Assembly: GCA_025356275.1 (NCBI GenBank)
Contig: JANXUK010000067.1
Location: 4,526-68,525, forward strand
Length of the DNA stretch: 64,000 nucleotides
Direction: 5' to 3'
From: Sphingomonadales bacterium
Lineage (GTDB): Bacteria > Pseudomonadota > Alphaproteobacteria > Sphingomonadales > Sphingomonadaceae
Positions 1-8,510 of this stretch are shown here, piece by piece (the stretch's first letter is position 1; each line of letters begins with the position of its first letter). The translations under genes and the position numbers were made by a program. The notes beneath the pieces are model-generated. The model made no database searches and had not been told where the DNA came from. It saw nothing but the letters and a program-made list of their open reading frames with translations.

Positions 1-243
1 ATAGGCGGTCATCAGCGGGGTGAAGCCGGCTCCGCCAGCCCGGCCCTCTGTCGCGGTGATGATGCGCTGACGATAGGCGCGCGCCGCGTCGATGCTGGTA
101 ACCGGCGGCGACAGGTTGGGCATGATGATCGCGCGCGCGAATTGCCGCGCAGTATAGGGCGCCGCCACGCTCAGCATCGCGCCGTCGCGCAGGTGGACGT
201 GCCAATCGTCGGGGCGGCGGATGGTGATGTGATCGGCGGTCAT
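1..243 (-). CDS. pyrC: Dihydroorotase (type II), 5' part; runs off window start
   Basis: Manual translation from ATG at 243: [21 protein letters not shown]...ARAIIMPNL, the PyrC DxHxHLR metal-binding N-terminus. Confidence 0.93.
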   Translation of the reverse strand, partial: MTADHITIRRPDDWHVHLRDGAMLSVAAPYTARQFARAIIMPNLSPPVTSIDAARAYRQRIITATEGRAGGAGFTPLMTAY

Positions 244-287
244 ACTTTCCCCTACCGCTTTTGGTCCGGGCGCACTACCTGCAAGCC

Positions 288-1043
288 ATGGCTGCCACCC
301 GACTTTTCACCCGCGCGGTGATCCGCCTTTCCGCCACCGAGCCGGACGAGGACGTTGCGGGGTTCCTGCAAGGCCTGGTGACGAACGATGTGGCGAGCGA
401 TGTGGCAGGCGTGCTCCCGGTGTGGGCCGGATTGCTGACACCGCAGGGCAAGGTTCTGTTCGATTTTCTGGTGTGGCGCGCCCAAACCGCGATTGGTGGC
501 GCGGATCTACTGATCGATTGCGAGGCCGAGGCGGCGGCGGCTTTGGTCCGGCGGCTGTCGATCTATCGGCTGCGGCGGCGGATTGCGATTGCCATCGATC
601 CGGCGATGGCGGTGCATTGGGGCTTGGTAGAAGCGGGGGGAGCAGTGCCGGACCCGCGCCTTGCCGCACTGGGTCAGCGCTGGCTGGCGCCGACGGATGA
701 CGGCGATGGCACCGCAGATGCCGCATGGCGCGCGCACCGGCTGGCGCTGGGCGTGGCCGAAGGGCGGGCCGAGCTGGGCGATGGCGAGCTGCTGTGGCTC
801 GAATGCAATGCCGCGGAATTGCACGGGGTCAGCTTCACCAAGGGCTGCTACGTCGGGCAGGAGAATACCGCGCGGATGAATTGGCGCCAGAAGGTCAATC
901 GCCGGCTGATCGTGCTGCCCGAGGCGCGGTCTGACTCGGCGCGGCGGCGGGCGGTATTCGCGGATCTCGGCCTGGCGCTCGACCATCGGCGGGTCGAGGA
1001 TATTGCGCCCGACCTGTGGCCGGCGTGGCTTGAATCTGCGTAG
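288..1043 (+). CDS. ygfZ: Folate-binding Fe-S cluster repair protein YgfZ
   Basis: [16 protein letters not shown] and KGCYVGQE signature; ATG at 288 preferred over TTG 261. Confidence 0.92.
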   Translation: MAATRLFTRAVIRLSATEPDEDVAGFLQGLVTNDVASDVAGVLPVWAGLLTPQGKVLFDFLVWRAQTAIGGADLLIDCEAEAAAALVRRLSIYRLRRRIAIAIDPAMAVHWGLVEAGGAVPDPRLAALGQRWLAPTDDGDGTADAAWRAHRLALGVAEGRAELGDGELLWLECNAAELHGVSFTKGCYVGQENTARMNWRQKVNRRLIVLPEARSDSARRRAVFADLGLALDHRRVEDIAPDLWPAWLESA

Positions 1044-1094
1044 CCGCATCGTTCACGCGAAAAACCGGTTCCCACTTTTCCGCACGATGCTTCA
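1041..1094. repeat. CIR/RIME-like alphaproteobacterial palindromic repeat (half unit)
   Basis: tagccGCATCGTtcacgcgaaaaACCGGTtcccacttttccgcACGATGCttca; reverse complement contains AAAAGTGGGAACCGGTTTT core; touches stop codons of both convergent genes. Confidence 0.7.
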
Positions 1095-1682
1095 GGGCGC
1101 GGCCAGAGCCAGCCCCAGCCGCTGCGTCTCCTCTACCAGCAGCCGCTCCGCCACATCGCGCGCCGCACCGCGCGCGAGGCCCAGCGACGCCGCCAGCGGC
1201 GCCCCCATCAACGCATCGCCCAGCGCCAGCAGCACCAGCGCCTGCGTCACCGGACGCATCGAGGCATCGCCCAACTCGTGCAGCTCCTCGACCAGATCGT
1301 GGATCGCCTCAATAATCGGGTCCAGCGCATCGTCATTACCGGTCAGCCGCATCCAGCTGGCCAATTGTCCGCCGCCCTCCTTGTCGAACGCATCGAAGGT
1401 CAGGTCCACCACCGTCCGCGCGGTGCCGGCACCGGTCCGTCTGGCGATCACCGCCTGCGCGATCGTGGCACAGATCCGGCCTGCCAGATCGGCCGCCAGC
1501 GCCTTTTGCAGCTCTGCGGCGGAACCGAAATGGTGGAGCAGATTGGCGTGGGTGCGCCCAATTCGCGCCGCAACGGCCTTCAGCGTAACCCCCTGCGGCC
1601 CGCTCTCGATCAACAGCGCACGCGCCGCCTGCAACGCAGCGAGCCGGCTGTCATGCTGCGAAAGGCGCTTTCTTATTGACAT
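1092..1682 (-). CDS. TetR/AcrR family transcriptional regulator
   Basis: N-terminal HTH VTLKAVAARIGRTHANLLHHFGS; divergent from hydrolase. Confidence 0.9.
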   Translation of the reverse strand: MSIRKRLSQHDSRLAALQAARALLIESGPQGVTLKAVAARIGRTHANLLHHFGSAAELQKALAADLAGRICATIAQAVIARRTGAGTARTVVDLTFDAFDKEGGGQLASWMRLTGNDDALDPIIEAIHDLVEELHELGDASMRPVTQALVLLALGDALMGAPLAASLGLARGAARDVAERLLVEETQRLGLALAAP

Positions 1683-1691
1683 AGATGTAAG
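1676..1691. promoter_or_regulatory. Candidate TetR operator (imperfect palindrome)
   Basis: ttgACATagATGTaag overlapping TetR start codon in the 52-bp divergent gap. Confidence 0.45.
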
Positions 1692-1734
1692 TTGAACCTA
1701 TCTGCGTTTGCGTAAGAATTGCTAGAGTACCTCC

Positions 1735-2604
1735 ATGAATATGTCATCCGCTACCTCCCTGCGCTCGGCGCGCGGCTCTGTGCCAACACCGGACGATCTG
1801 GCGATCACCATCCGCGACCGGCGCTTTTTGCGCGATCGGGCGCCGCCGCGCTGGTGGCTGGCGGGTGATCCGGTCGGCTGTTGCTGGCACTTGGCGCTAT
1901 CGGCCACGTTCCCGCGCGGCGAGGCGTTCTTTGTCGAGGCGGTGAAGGCCCACCGCGACGGCGCCGATCCGCGTCTGGCCGAAGAAATCCGCCTATTTAT
2001 CCAGCAGGAGGTCAATCACAGCCGCGAGCATCTGACCTTTAACCGGCTGGCGGTCGATGCCGGCTATGATCTGGCGGCGATAGACGAGCGGCTGGTCGGT
2101 TTCATCAATATGACACGCGGCCGGCCGGTGATCGTCAATCTGGCCGCGACAATGGCGCTGGAGCATTTTACCGCGATGCTGGCGCATGACATTCTGGCGC
2201 GGCCCGACATCTATCGCGGCGCCGATGCCGAAGTGGCGGGGCTTTGGCGCTGGCACGCGGTGGAGGAGATCGAGCACAAGGGCGTCGCCTATGACACCTT
2301 TCTGCACGCCACGCGCGATTGGAGCCGGTGGCGGCGCTGGCGGTTGCAGGCGGTGATGATGCTGGTGGTCACGTCGAAATTCGTGCCGCATCGTATCGTC
2401 GATACCCTGGATTTGTTGGCGCAGGATGGCTTGCGTGGCTGGCGGGTGAAGGCGCGGCTGCTGTGGTATCTGTTCGGCAATCCCGGCCTGTTGCGGCGCG
2501 TGATCCCGGCGTGGCTCAGTTATTTCATGCCCGGCTTTCACCCGTGGAATCACGACGACCGCGCGCTGATCACGGCGGCCGACGCGGAGTTACGCGCAGC
2601 GTAA
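1735..2604 (+). CDS. Predicted metal-dependent hydrolase (Metal_hydrol family)
   Basis: FPRGEAFF, QEVNHSREH, ATMALEHFTA, WRWHAVEEIEHKGVAYD motifs. Confidence 0.85.
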   Translation: MNMSSATSLRSARGSVPTPDDLAITIRDRRFLRDRAPPRWWLAGDPVGCCWHLALSATFPRGEAFFVEAVKAHRDGADPRLAEEIRLFIQQEVNHSREHLTFNRLAVDAGYDLAAIDERLVGFINMTRGRPVIVNLAATMALEHFTAMLAHDILARPDIYRGADAEVAGLWRWHAVEEIEHKGVAYDTFLHATRDWSRWRRWRLQAVMMLVVTSKFVPHRIVDTLDLLAQDGLRGWRVKARLLWYLFGNPGLLRRVIPAWLSYFMPGFHPWNHDDRALITAADAELRAA

Positions 2605-2625
2605 ACCGCCAACAGAAACGCGGAA

Positions 2626-3234
2626 TTATGCGGCACGTAGCCCGCCCCCTCCGCCATCGTCCCGATAGTCGCTGTCGCTGGCTGCGCCGAGGTCGATGAC
2701 ATGTTGCTGCACCGGCAAGCGCACGCCGCGTAGCTCGAAATAGCTGTCGCCCGGCGCGCCCAGGGGCCGAAAGCCCAGCTTGGTCAGCACACGCCCCGCG
2801 CCCGGATCATTGATGATCTGCGCCGCACCGATCCGCCGGTGGCCCAGCACCCGCGCCAGAGTGAGCATTGCGCGCGCTGCCTCGGTGGCATAGCCATGCC
2901 GCTGATGCGCGGGCGCGATCCAATAACCGATGCGCACCGCCTCACCGCCCCGCACCAGCCCGACGCAGCCGATCGCCCTGCCCGATTCAGAGCCCCGCTC
3001 CAGGCCGGTCCCGCTCTCCGCCCCGGGCGCGATGCCGTCGGGCCGGGTGATCAGGAACCGGGGACAGCGCGGGTCCTCACGCGGCGGCGGGGCCGATTGC
3101 CAGTTGCGGCCCGTGGCGACGGACATGCCGGAGAGTTGCTGCGCCAGCGAATCATAATCCGCACCGGCTTTTAACTCACGCCAGTCTTCGGGCCAGATCG
3201 GGCGGAGGAACAGGCGCTGGCTGCGAATGAACAT
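2626..3234 (-). CDS. GNAT (RimJ/RimL-type) N-acetyltransferase
   Basis: RLFLRPIWPED, IGYWIAPAHQRHGYATEA, GRVLTKLGF. Confidence 0.88.
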   Translation of the reverse strand: MFIRSQRLFLRPIWPEDWRELKAGADYDSLAQQLSGMSVATGRNWQSAPPPREDPRCPRFLITRPDGIAPGAESGTGLERGSESGRAIGCVGLVRGGEAVRIGYWIAPAHQRHGYATEAARAMLTLARVLGHRRIGAAQIINDPGAGRVLTKLGFRPLGAPGDSYFELRGVRLPVQQHVIDLGAASDSDYRDDGGGGGLRAA

Positions 3235-3369
3235 CTTTGTGCTCCAATGATCTGGCCCACGCAGGCCCTATACACCCATTATGACAGGATTGTTCCGCCC
3301 ATCGGCGGCCTGCGCGGAAAATCGGACATGCCGCAGGACAATGACCGGCAAAGCCCCGGCGCGGGCACG

Positions 3370-3402
3370 AAAAAGGGGACGGGCTGGGCCCATCCCCCTT
3401 TT
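3370..3402 (-). terminator. Rho-independent terminator of rplU-rpmA (possibly bidirectional)
   Basis: aaaaaggggacgggc-tgg-gcccatccccctttt hairpin with A/T tracts on both sides. Confidence 0.7.
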
Positions 3403-3463
3403 GAGCCAGCGCACCAGCGCCAGCGGGGCCACCCGTCAGGATGACCCATGAACGGCCATCCGA

Positions 3464-3733
3464 TTATTCGGCGGCGACCGCCATCGCGTCCACCGAAACG
3501 TATTTGCGGCCCAGCTTGCCAGCATGGAAGCGCACCTTGCCGACCGCGAGCGAGAACAGCGTGTGGTCCTTGCCAATACCGACATTGGCGCCCGGATAGA
3601 CGCGGGTGCCGCGCTGGCGGATGATGATGTTGCCACCGATCACGTTCTCGCCGCCGAACTTCTTGACGCCGAGGCGGCGGCCTGCCGAATCGCGACCATT
3701 ACGCGAGGAGCCGCCTGCTTTCTTATGTGCCAT
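3464..3733 (-). CDS. rpmA: 50S ribosomal protein L27
   Basis: [16 protein letters not shown]...[10 protein letters not shown]. Confidence 0.99.
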   Translation of the reverse strand: MAHKKAGGSSRNGRDSAGRRLGVKKFGGENVIGGNIIIRQRGTRVYPGANVGIGKDHTLFSLAVGKVRFHAGKLGRKYVSVDAMAVAAE

Positions 3734-3759
3734 GTCTTAGGTTTCCCGAATTCAGCGAA

Positions 3760-4128
3760 TTATTCAGCAGCCGCAGCGGCGGCGGGTGCATCGGCCTTGG
3801 CGGCTTTCTTGGCGGCGGGCTTCTTCTCTTCGCCGCCGACGGCCAGGATGCGCAGCAGGGTAAGCTGTTGGCGGTGGCCGTTCTTACGACGATAATTGTG
3901 CCGGCGGCGCTTTTTGAAGACGATGACCTTTTCGCTCTTGGCCTGCGCGATGATCTCTGCCGACACGACAACACCGGCGATATCCGCCACAGTGCCTTCG
4001 TCCCCGGCGAGCAGGATGTCGCCCAGCGTGATCTTGTCACCGGCTTCGCCAGCCAGCTTCTCGACCGCGATCTTGTCTCCGGCGGCGACCCGGTACTGTT
4101 TGCCGCCCGTGCGCACGATTGCGAACAT
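3760..4128 (-). CDS. rplU: 50S ribosomal protein L21
   Basis: [14 protein letters not shown]...[16 protein letters not shown]. Confidence 0.99.
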   Translation of the reverse strand: MFAIVRTGGKQYRVAAGDKIAVEKLAGEAGDKITLGDILLAGDEGTVADIAGVVVSAEIIAQAKSEKVIVFKKRRRHNYRRKNGHRQQLTLLRILAVGGEEKKPAAKKAAKADAPAAAAAAE

Positions 4129-4334
4129 GTTCTATCCCATCAAACAGTCCGGCGTTCCCGGACCAAAACCCGCCGGAGCGAGCAAAACAATAGCCACCCC
4201 GCGCAAGGCAGGGTCGGCGAAATGAAGGCGAGCCCCTAGGCCAAGCCGCCCCCACTGTCAATCGGCGGCACGCGCCATTTGCCATCAGGCAAGCGGGCGC
4301 TGGCAAGTGTGGCGGCGCATGCTATGGCGCAACC

Positions 4335-4922
4335 ATGCGCCTCACCTGCCGCCCTGCCCCGCCGATCCGCCGCCTGTTTGGGCGATTGGGCGTTGTCGCG
4401 GCGCCGCTGGCTTTGGGCGCGTGCGGGATCGCCGATTATCCGTCGCTGCAAACCCCCGCCGCGCCGCAGCCAGCCGCCATCCCGTCCCCCGCCACACCCT
4501 CCCCGGGCCGCATCACCGGCAGCGCGGTTCCGGTGGTGGCGACGCCCGGCGCGATGCCCTCCGCTGCCGCCGATCCCGCCGCGCTGTTGGCCAGCGGCAC
4601 GGCAGCGTATGGCGCTTTCGTGGCCCGCCGCGCCGCCGCCGAGGCGCTGGTGGCCGCCGCCGCGCATGCCGCGCCGGGCAGCGAGGCCTGGGCCGTGGCC
4701 ACCGTGGCGCTGGGCGCGCTGACCGATTCGCATGGCCAGACCGCGGCGGCACTGGCCGGACTGGAGCGGCTGTACACCGACGATCAATTGGCGCGCGCCG
4801 ATGGAGACGCGACGCCCGAGGCCGACGCCCACACCGCCGCGATCGACGACGCGCGGGCGCAGGTGCAGGCAATGATGGACGACGAATCGGTGGTGCTGGA
4901 CCGTCTTGGCGAGTCGCTTTGA
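4335..4922 (+). CDS. Hypothetical lipoprotein
   Basis: Lipobox-like LALGAC, Pro/Ala linker, helical C-terminus; no family recognised. Confidence 0.7.
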   Translation: MRLTCRPAPPIRRLFGRLGVVAAPLALGACGIADYPSLQTPAAPQPAAIPSPATPSPGRITGSAVPVVATPGAMPSAAADPAALLASGTAAYGAFVARRAAAEALVAAAAHAAPGSEAWAVATVALGALTDSHGQTAAALAGLERLYTDDQLARADGDATPEADAHTAAIDDARAQVQAMMDDESVVLDRLGESL

Positions 4923-4952
4923 TCGCCTTAGGGGATCAGCCTGTGCTACGCT

Positions 4953-5090
4953 GAGTCTGTTTGATTGGCGGTCCTGGCGGCCCACAAGCCTGTGCTCCCG
5001 CTCCCCCTCCCGGCCTCCCGCAGCGTTTCATCCTGGATGGGAGGTTGGGAGGGGGATCGGGATGGCACAGGCTTGCATCAACAAAGACTC
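4953..5090. repeat. GC-rich palindromic repeat family A, complete copy
   Basis: Ends GAGTCtgtttga...tcaacaaaGACTC; inner stem aagcctgtgc..tccc/gggatggcacaggctt; homologue at 13643. Confidence 0.85.
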
Positions 5091-5140
5091 GGTGCGGGAT
5101 TGCACAGGCTGCGACCGTCAGGTCGCCAATCAGACAGACC
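5091..5140 (-). repeat. Family A left-arm half copy, inverted, overlapping moaE 3' end
   Basis: Reverse complement ggtctgtctgattggcgacctgacggtcgcagcctgtgcaatccc matches 13643-13690. Confidence 0.8.
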
Positions 5141-5585
5141 TGTCCCACCGCGCCAGATCGGCGTAATCCTGCGCGCGCGGTTCGATCCAGCGCCAGATGC
5201 CGGCAATTTTTTCGCGCTTCCAGAACCAGCTTTCGGATTTCAGGTGGTCCATCGCGTAATCGGCGGCGGCAAAGGCATCGCGGCGGTGGCGTGCGGCGGC
5301 CAGCACCAGCACGATCGGCTCGCCCGGCAGCATCACCCCGCTGCGGTGGATGATCGAGAGCCCGTCAAGCGCCCAGCGCGTGACAGTCGCCTCGGCCAGT
5401 GCGACCATACCGGGCAGGGTGAGCGGCGCGTAATGCCTGAGTTCCAGCGCCTCGACACCCTCGCCGACGCGGACTTGTCCGATGAAACTGACGATACCGC
5501 CCGCGAGCGCGTGTGCGGCGGTGAAGCGGGTGATCTCGGCGCTGGGGTCGAACGCCGATTCAGCGAGACTGGCTTCGCAGGCCAT
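5130..5585 (-). CDS. moaE: Molybdopterin synthase catalytic subunit
   Basis: LELRHY, HRSG, AARHRRDAF, MDHLKSESWFWKRE. Confidence 0.95.
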   Translation of the reverse strand: MACEASLAESAFDPSAEITRFTAAHALAGGIVSFIGQVRVGEGVEALELRHYAPLTLPGMVALAEATVTRWALDGLSIIHRSGVMLPGEPIVLVLAAARHRRDAFAAADYAMDHLKSESWFWKREKIAGIWRWIEPRAQDYADLARWDRSV

Positions 5586-5588
5586 CGC

Positions 5589-5837
5589 TTACCCGCCGCT
5601 GACCGGGGGCAGGAAGGCCAGTTCGTCGCCATCGGCCAACAGCGGCTTGGCATCGGCGGCCAGCAGCGCACCATTCACCGCCAGCCGCAGCCGGGGATCG
5701 GCCAAGGCGGCGGCCAACGCGGCGGGGAGCCGCGCCAGCACCTCGGGCAGCGTGGCCGGCGCCGGCAGGTCCAGCGCCGTCGCGCCCATGCCCGCCGCAT
5801 CCTCCAGCCGGCCGAGGAACACCAGCCTTAGCGGCAC
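5589..5837 (-). CDS. moaD: Molybdopterin synthase sulfur carrier
   Basis: C-terminal ELAFLPPVSGG. Confidence 0.95.
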   Translation of the reverse strand: MPLRLVFLGRLEDAAGMGATALDLPAPATLPEVLARLPAALAAALADPRLRLAVNGALLAADAKPLLADGDELAFLPPVSGG

Positions 5838-5840
5838 GCC

Positions 5841-6857
5841 TCAGCCACCCGTCATCGACATGTGGCGGGGCAGCGCGGGCGCCTCGCCGGCGCGACGAAT
5901 CGCGAAATGGTGCCGCTCGGGCTTGATCCGCATCGCGGTGTCCAGCGCCCCGGCCAGCGCCGCACCGGGGTCCGCCGAACGCAAGGCCGCGCGCAGATCG
6001 ACCTGCTCCACGCCCCCGAGGCAGGGGAACAGTTGGCCGGTTGCCGTGACCCGGATGCGGTTGCAGCCCTCGCAGAAATTGCCGGTCAGCGGCGTGATGA
6101 AGCCCAACCGCCCGCCGGTCTCGGCGACGCGGACGTAATGCGCCGGGCCGCCGCTGCGGTGGCTCTCCGGGGTCAGCGTGAAACGCTTTTCCAGCGCGGC
6201 ACGCACCGTCGTCAGCGGCAGGTAATGATCAAAACGGTCCCCATCGACCTCGCCCAGCGGCATCATCTCGATCAGCGTGATCTCGCAGGATTGCGCATGC
6301 GCCCAGCCGATCAGATCGGCGATCTCATCCTCATTCTCGCCGCGCAAAGCAACGGTGTTGAGCTTGACCGACAGCCCCGCCGCCTTGGCCGCCGCGATGC
6401 CCTCCAGCACCGCGGGCAGGCTGTCGCGCCGGGCGATGCGCGCGAAACGGTCGCGGTCCAGCGTATCGAGCGAGACATTGACCCGCCGCACCCCCGCCGC
6501 CGCCAAATCCCCGGCGAACTGCGCCAGACGCGTGCCATTGGTGGTGAGGGTCAGCTCCTCCAGCCCGTCGCCAACCTGCCGCCCCAAGGCGCGCACCAAC
6601 TCGATCATATCGCGCCGCACCAACGGCTCGCCCCCGGTCAGCCGGATTTTGGTGATGCCCCGCGCGATGAACCCCAGCGCCAGCTGGTGCAGCTCCTCAA
6701 GGCTGAGCACCTCGGATTTGGGCAGGAAGGTCTGCCGCTCGGGCATGCAATAGGTACAGCGCAGGTCGCAGCGATCGATCACCGACAGGCGCAGATAGCT
6801 GATGCGGCGATGGAATTGATCGACCAGCGGTTTGAAGGGCAATGCAGGGGCGTTCAT
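5841..6857 (-). CDS. moaA: GTP 3',8-cyclase (radical SAM)
   Basis: CDLRCTYC, TGGEPL, CEGCNRIR, C-terminal TGG; ATG 6857 preferred. Confidence 0.97.
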   Translation of the reverse strand: MNAPALPFKPLVDQFHRRISYLRLSVIDRCDLRCTYCMPERQTFLPKSEVLSLEELHQLALGFIARGITKIRLTGGEPLVRRDMIELVRALGRQVGDGLEELTLTTNGTRLAQFAGDLAAAGVRRVNVSLDTLDRDRFARIARRDSLPAVLEGIAAAKAAGLSVKLNTVALRGENEDEIADLIGWAHAQSCEITLIEMMPLGEVDGDRFDHYLPLTTVRAALEKRFTLTPESHRSGGPAHYVRVAETGGRLGFITPLTGNFCEGCNRIRVTATGQLFPCLGGVEQVDLRAALRSADPGAALAGALDTAMRIKPERHHFAIRRAGEAPALPRHMSMTGG

Positions 6858-7204
6858 CACCGCTGCTCTAGCACATCGCCGCCACCCTCGCCACCAAGCT
6901 GCAACAGCTGCCCGGTCACCCCCGGCGCGGCGGCGATATAGGCAGTGGCGGCGGCGATTTGCGCAGCGCCGCCGCCCGCCAGCGCATTGACCCGGCGCGG
7001 CGCCATCGCGCGGGCCAGCTCGGCCACGACAGCGGCGCGCCACGCGCGGTGCGTGTGATCGGCCGCGGCGAAATGGAGCGTGAGGGGGGCGGTCTGCGTG
7101 CCTCTCAGTAACCCCGGCAGCACATCGGCATGAAACACGGCGGCAGCGGCGAGCGGCGATGCCGGCAGGCCGCGCACGCTTATCATGGCCTCAGCGTCGC
7201 TCAC
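6857..7204 (-). CDS. Small protein resembling the C-terminal part of an SDR/Rossmann-fold enzyme
   Basis: LARAMAPRRVNALA...YIAAAPGVTGQLL resembles SDR C-termini; translationally coupled between folB and moaA. Confidence 0.6.
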   Translation of the reverse strand: MSDAEAMISVRGLPASPLAAAAVFHADVLPGLLRGTQTAPLTLHFAAADHTHRAWRAAVVAELARAMAPRRVNALAGGGAAQIAAATAYIAAAPGVTGQLLQLGGEGGGDVLEQR

Positions 7205-7562
7205 GCGTCAGCGTAATGCCGATCTTCTCATCACGCTCGGCAATGGCCAGCTTGATGATCTTGACGGTCACCGCCTGCACCCGCGCATCCTGGAGCAGCA
7301 GCGTGTCACAGATGTGGTCGGCCACCGCCTCGATCAGCTTGAAATGTACGCCCGGCGGCAACGCCCCGATCGCGGCGAATTTGAGGTCCATGTAATTCTT
7401 GGACGCGGCCAGCGGGGTTTCGGGCAGATAGCGCTCCGCAGGGCGCAGCGTAACGCTGAGCGATATGCGCAAAGGCTGGGGCTTGCCGGTCTCCTCCGAA
7501 TAGATGCCGGTCAGGACATCGGTTTCCAGGTCGGCCACTTCGAGGGTCAGACTGTCAGGCAC
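7191..7562 (-). CDS. folB: Dihydroneopterin aldolase
   Basis: GIYSEE...QPLRISLSV, MDLKF, KLIEAVADHI; GTG 7562 preferred start. Confidence 0.88.
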   Translation of the reverse strand: MPDSLTLEVADLETDVLTGIYSEETGKPQPLRISLSVTLRPAERYLPETPLAASKNYMDLKFAAIGALPPGVHFKLIEAVADHICDTLLLQDARVQAVTVKIIKLAIAERDEKIGITLTRERR

Positions 7563-7600
7563 GGCTTGGCTTTCTGGGATCGGGTGGAGGCTTGTAACCA

Positions 7601-8503
7601 TTATTCGCACCGCCAGCGCGCGAAAATCGCGGTCGGCAGCAGGCGGGCGCCTTCGCCCTCCTCGTGCACCGCCAGATCGCCATGCTCGATGCTGCCGGGC
7701 AGATGCGCGCAGACTTCGTGGAGCAACCCGGCCAGCGCCAGCGAACTCATCCGCACCGCATAGACGGTGAGAAACAGGAAGCGGCTGTTTTCATCCAGCA
7801 GCGCGGCGCAATCGGCTGTGAGCGCGGGCAGATGTTCCTCCAGCCGCCAGACCTCACCCTCTGGCCCACGCCCGAATTTGGGGGGATCGAGGATGATGCC
7901 ATCATAGCGCTTGCCGCGCCGCACCTCGCGCGCGGCGAATTTGCCGGCATCGTCGGTCAGCCAGCGGATCGGCCGATCCTCCATCCCGGACAGCGCGGCG
8001 TTGCTGCGCGCCTGGATCACCGATTTTTTCGAGGCATCAACATGGGTGACCGGGCCAAACCGCGACAGCGCAAGCGTGCCGACCCCGGTATAACCGAACA
8101 GGTTGAGGCAGGCGGCATCGCTGCGCCCGGCCAGCATTTCGCCCATCCAGCCCCATACCGGCGCCATATCGGGGAAGAAGCCCAGGTGGCGAAAGGGCGT
8201 GCAACTGGCAGTGAACCGGACCATCTCGCCGTCCGCATCGGCCCATTCGAGCGGCCAGCCGTCGCGCGACACGGGGCCATTGTACAGCCAGCGGCCGCCG
8301 CCATCCTCATCGGCGCCGGGCACGAATTCGGCGTCGGCGGTCCATTCGGGGATGCGCTGTTGCCACAGCGCCTGAGGCTCCGGGCGGATGAAATGATGCC
8401 GGCCATAACGTTCGAGCTTGCGGCCATTGCCGCTGTCGACCAGCGAATAATCGCCCCAGCCTTTGCCCGCCAGAATAATCGGTGAAGGATTGAGCGAGGC
8501 CAT
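7601..8503 (-). CDS. Class I SAM-dependent rRNA methyltransferase (RlmI/RlmK-like)
   Basis: HLGFFPD, LNLFGYTG, HVDASKK, IILDPPKFGRG. Confidence 0.88.
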   Translation of the reverse strand: MASLNPSPIILAGKGWGDYSLVDSGNGRKLERYGRHHFIRPEPQALWQQRIPEWTADAEFVPGADEDGGGRWLYNGPVSRDGWPLEWADADGEMVRFTASCTPFRHLGFFPDMAPVWGWMGEMLAGRSDAACLNLFGYTGVGTLALSRFGPVTHVDASKKSVIQARSNAALSGMEDRPIRWLTDDAGKFAAREVRRGKRYDGIILDPPKFGRGPEGEVWRLEEHLPALTADCAALLDENSRFLFLTVYAVRMSSLALAGLLHEVCAHLPGSIEHGDLAVHEEGEGARLLPTAIFARWRCE

Positions 8504-8510
8504 GGCGCGG

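Noticed and set aside
4953-5090. GC-rich hairpin as tRNA or structured ncRNA gene
   Set aside because: No cloverleaf, TpsiC/D loops or CCA; dispersed homologues indicate a repeat
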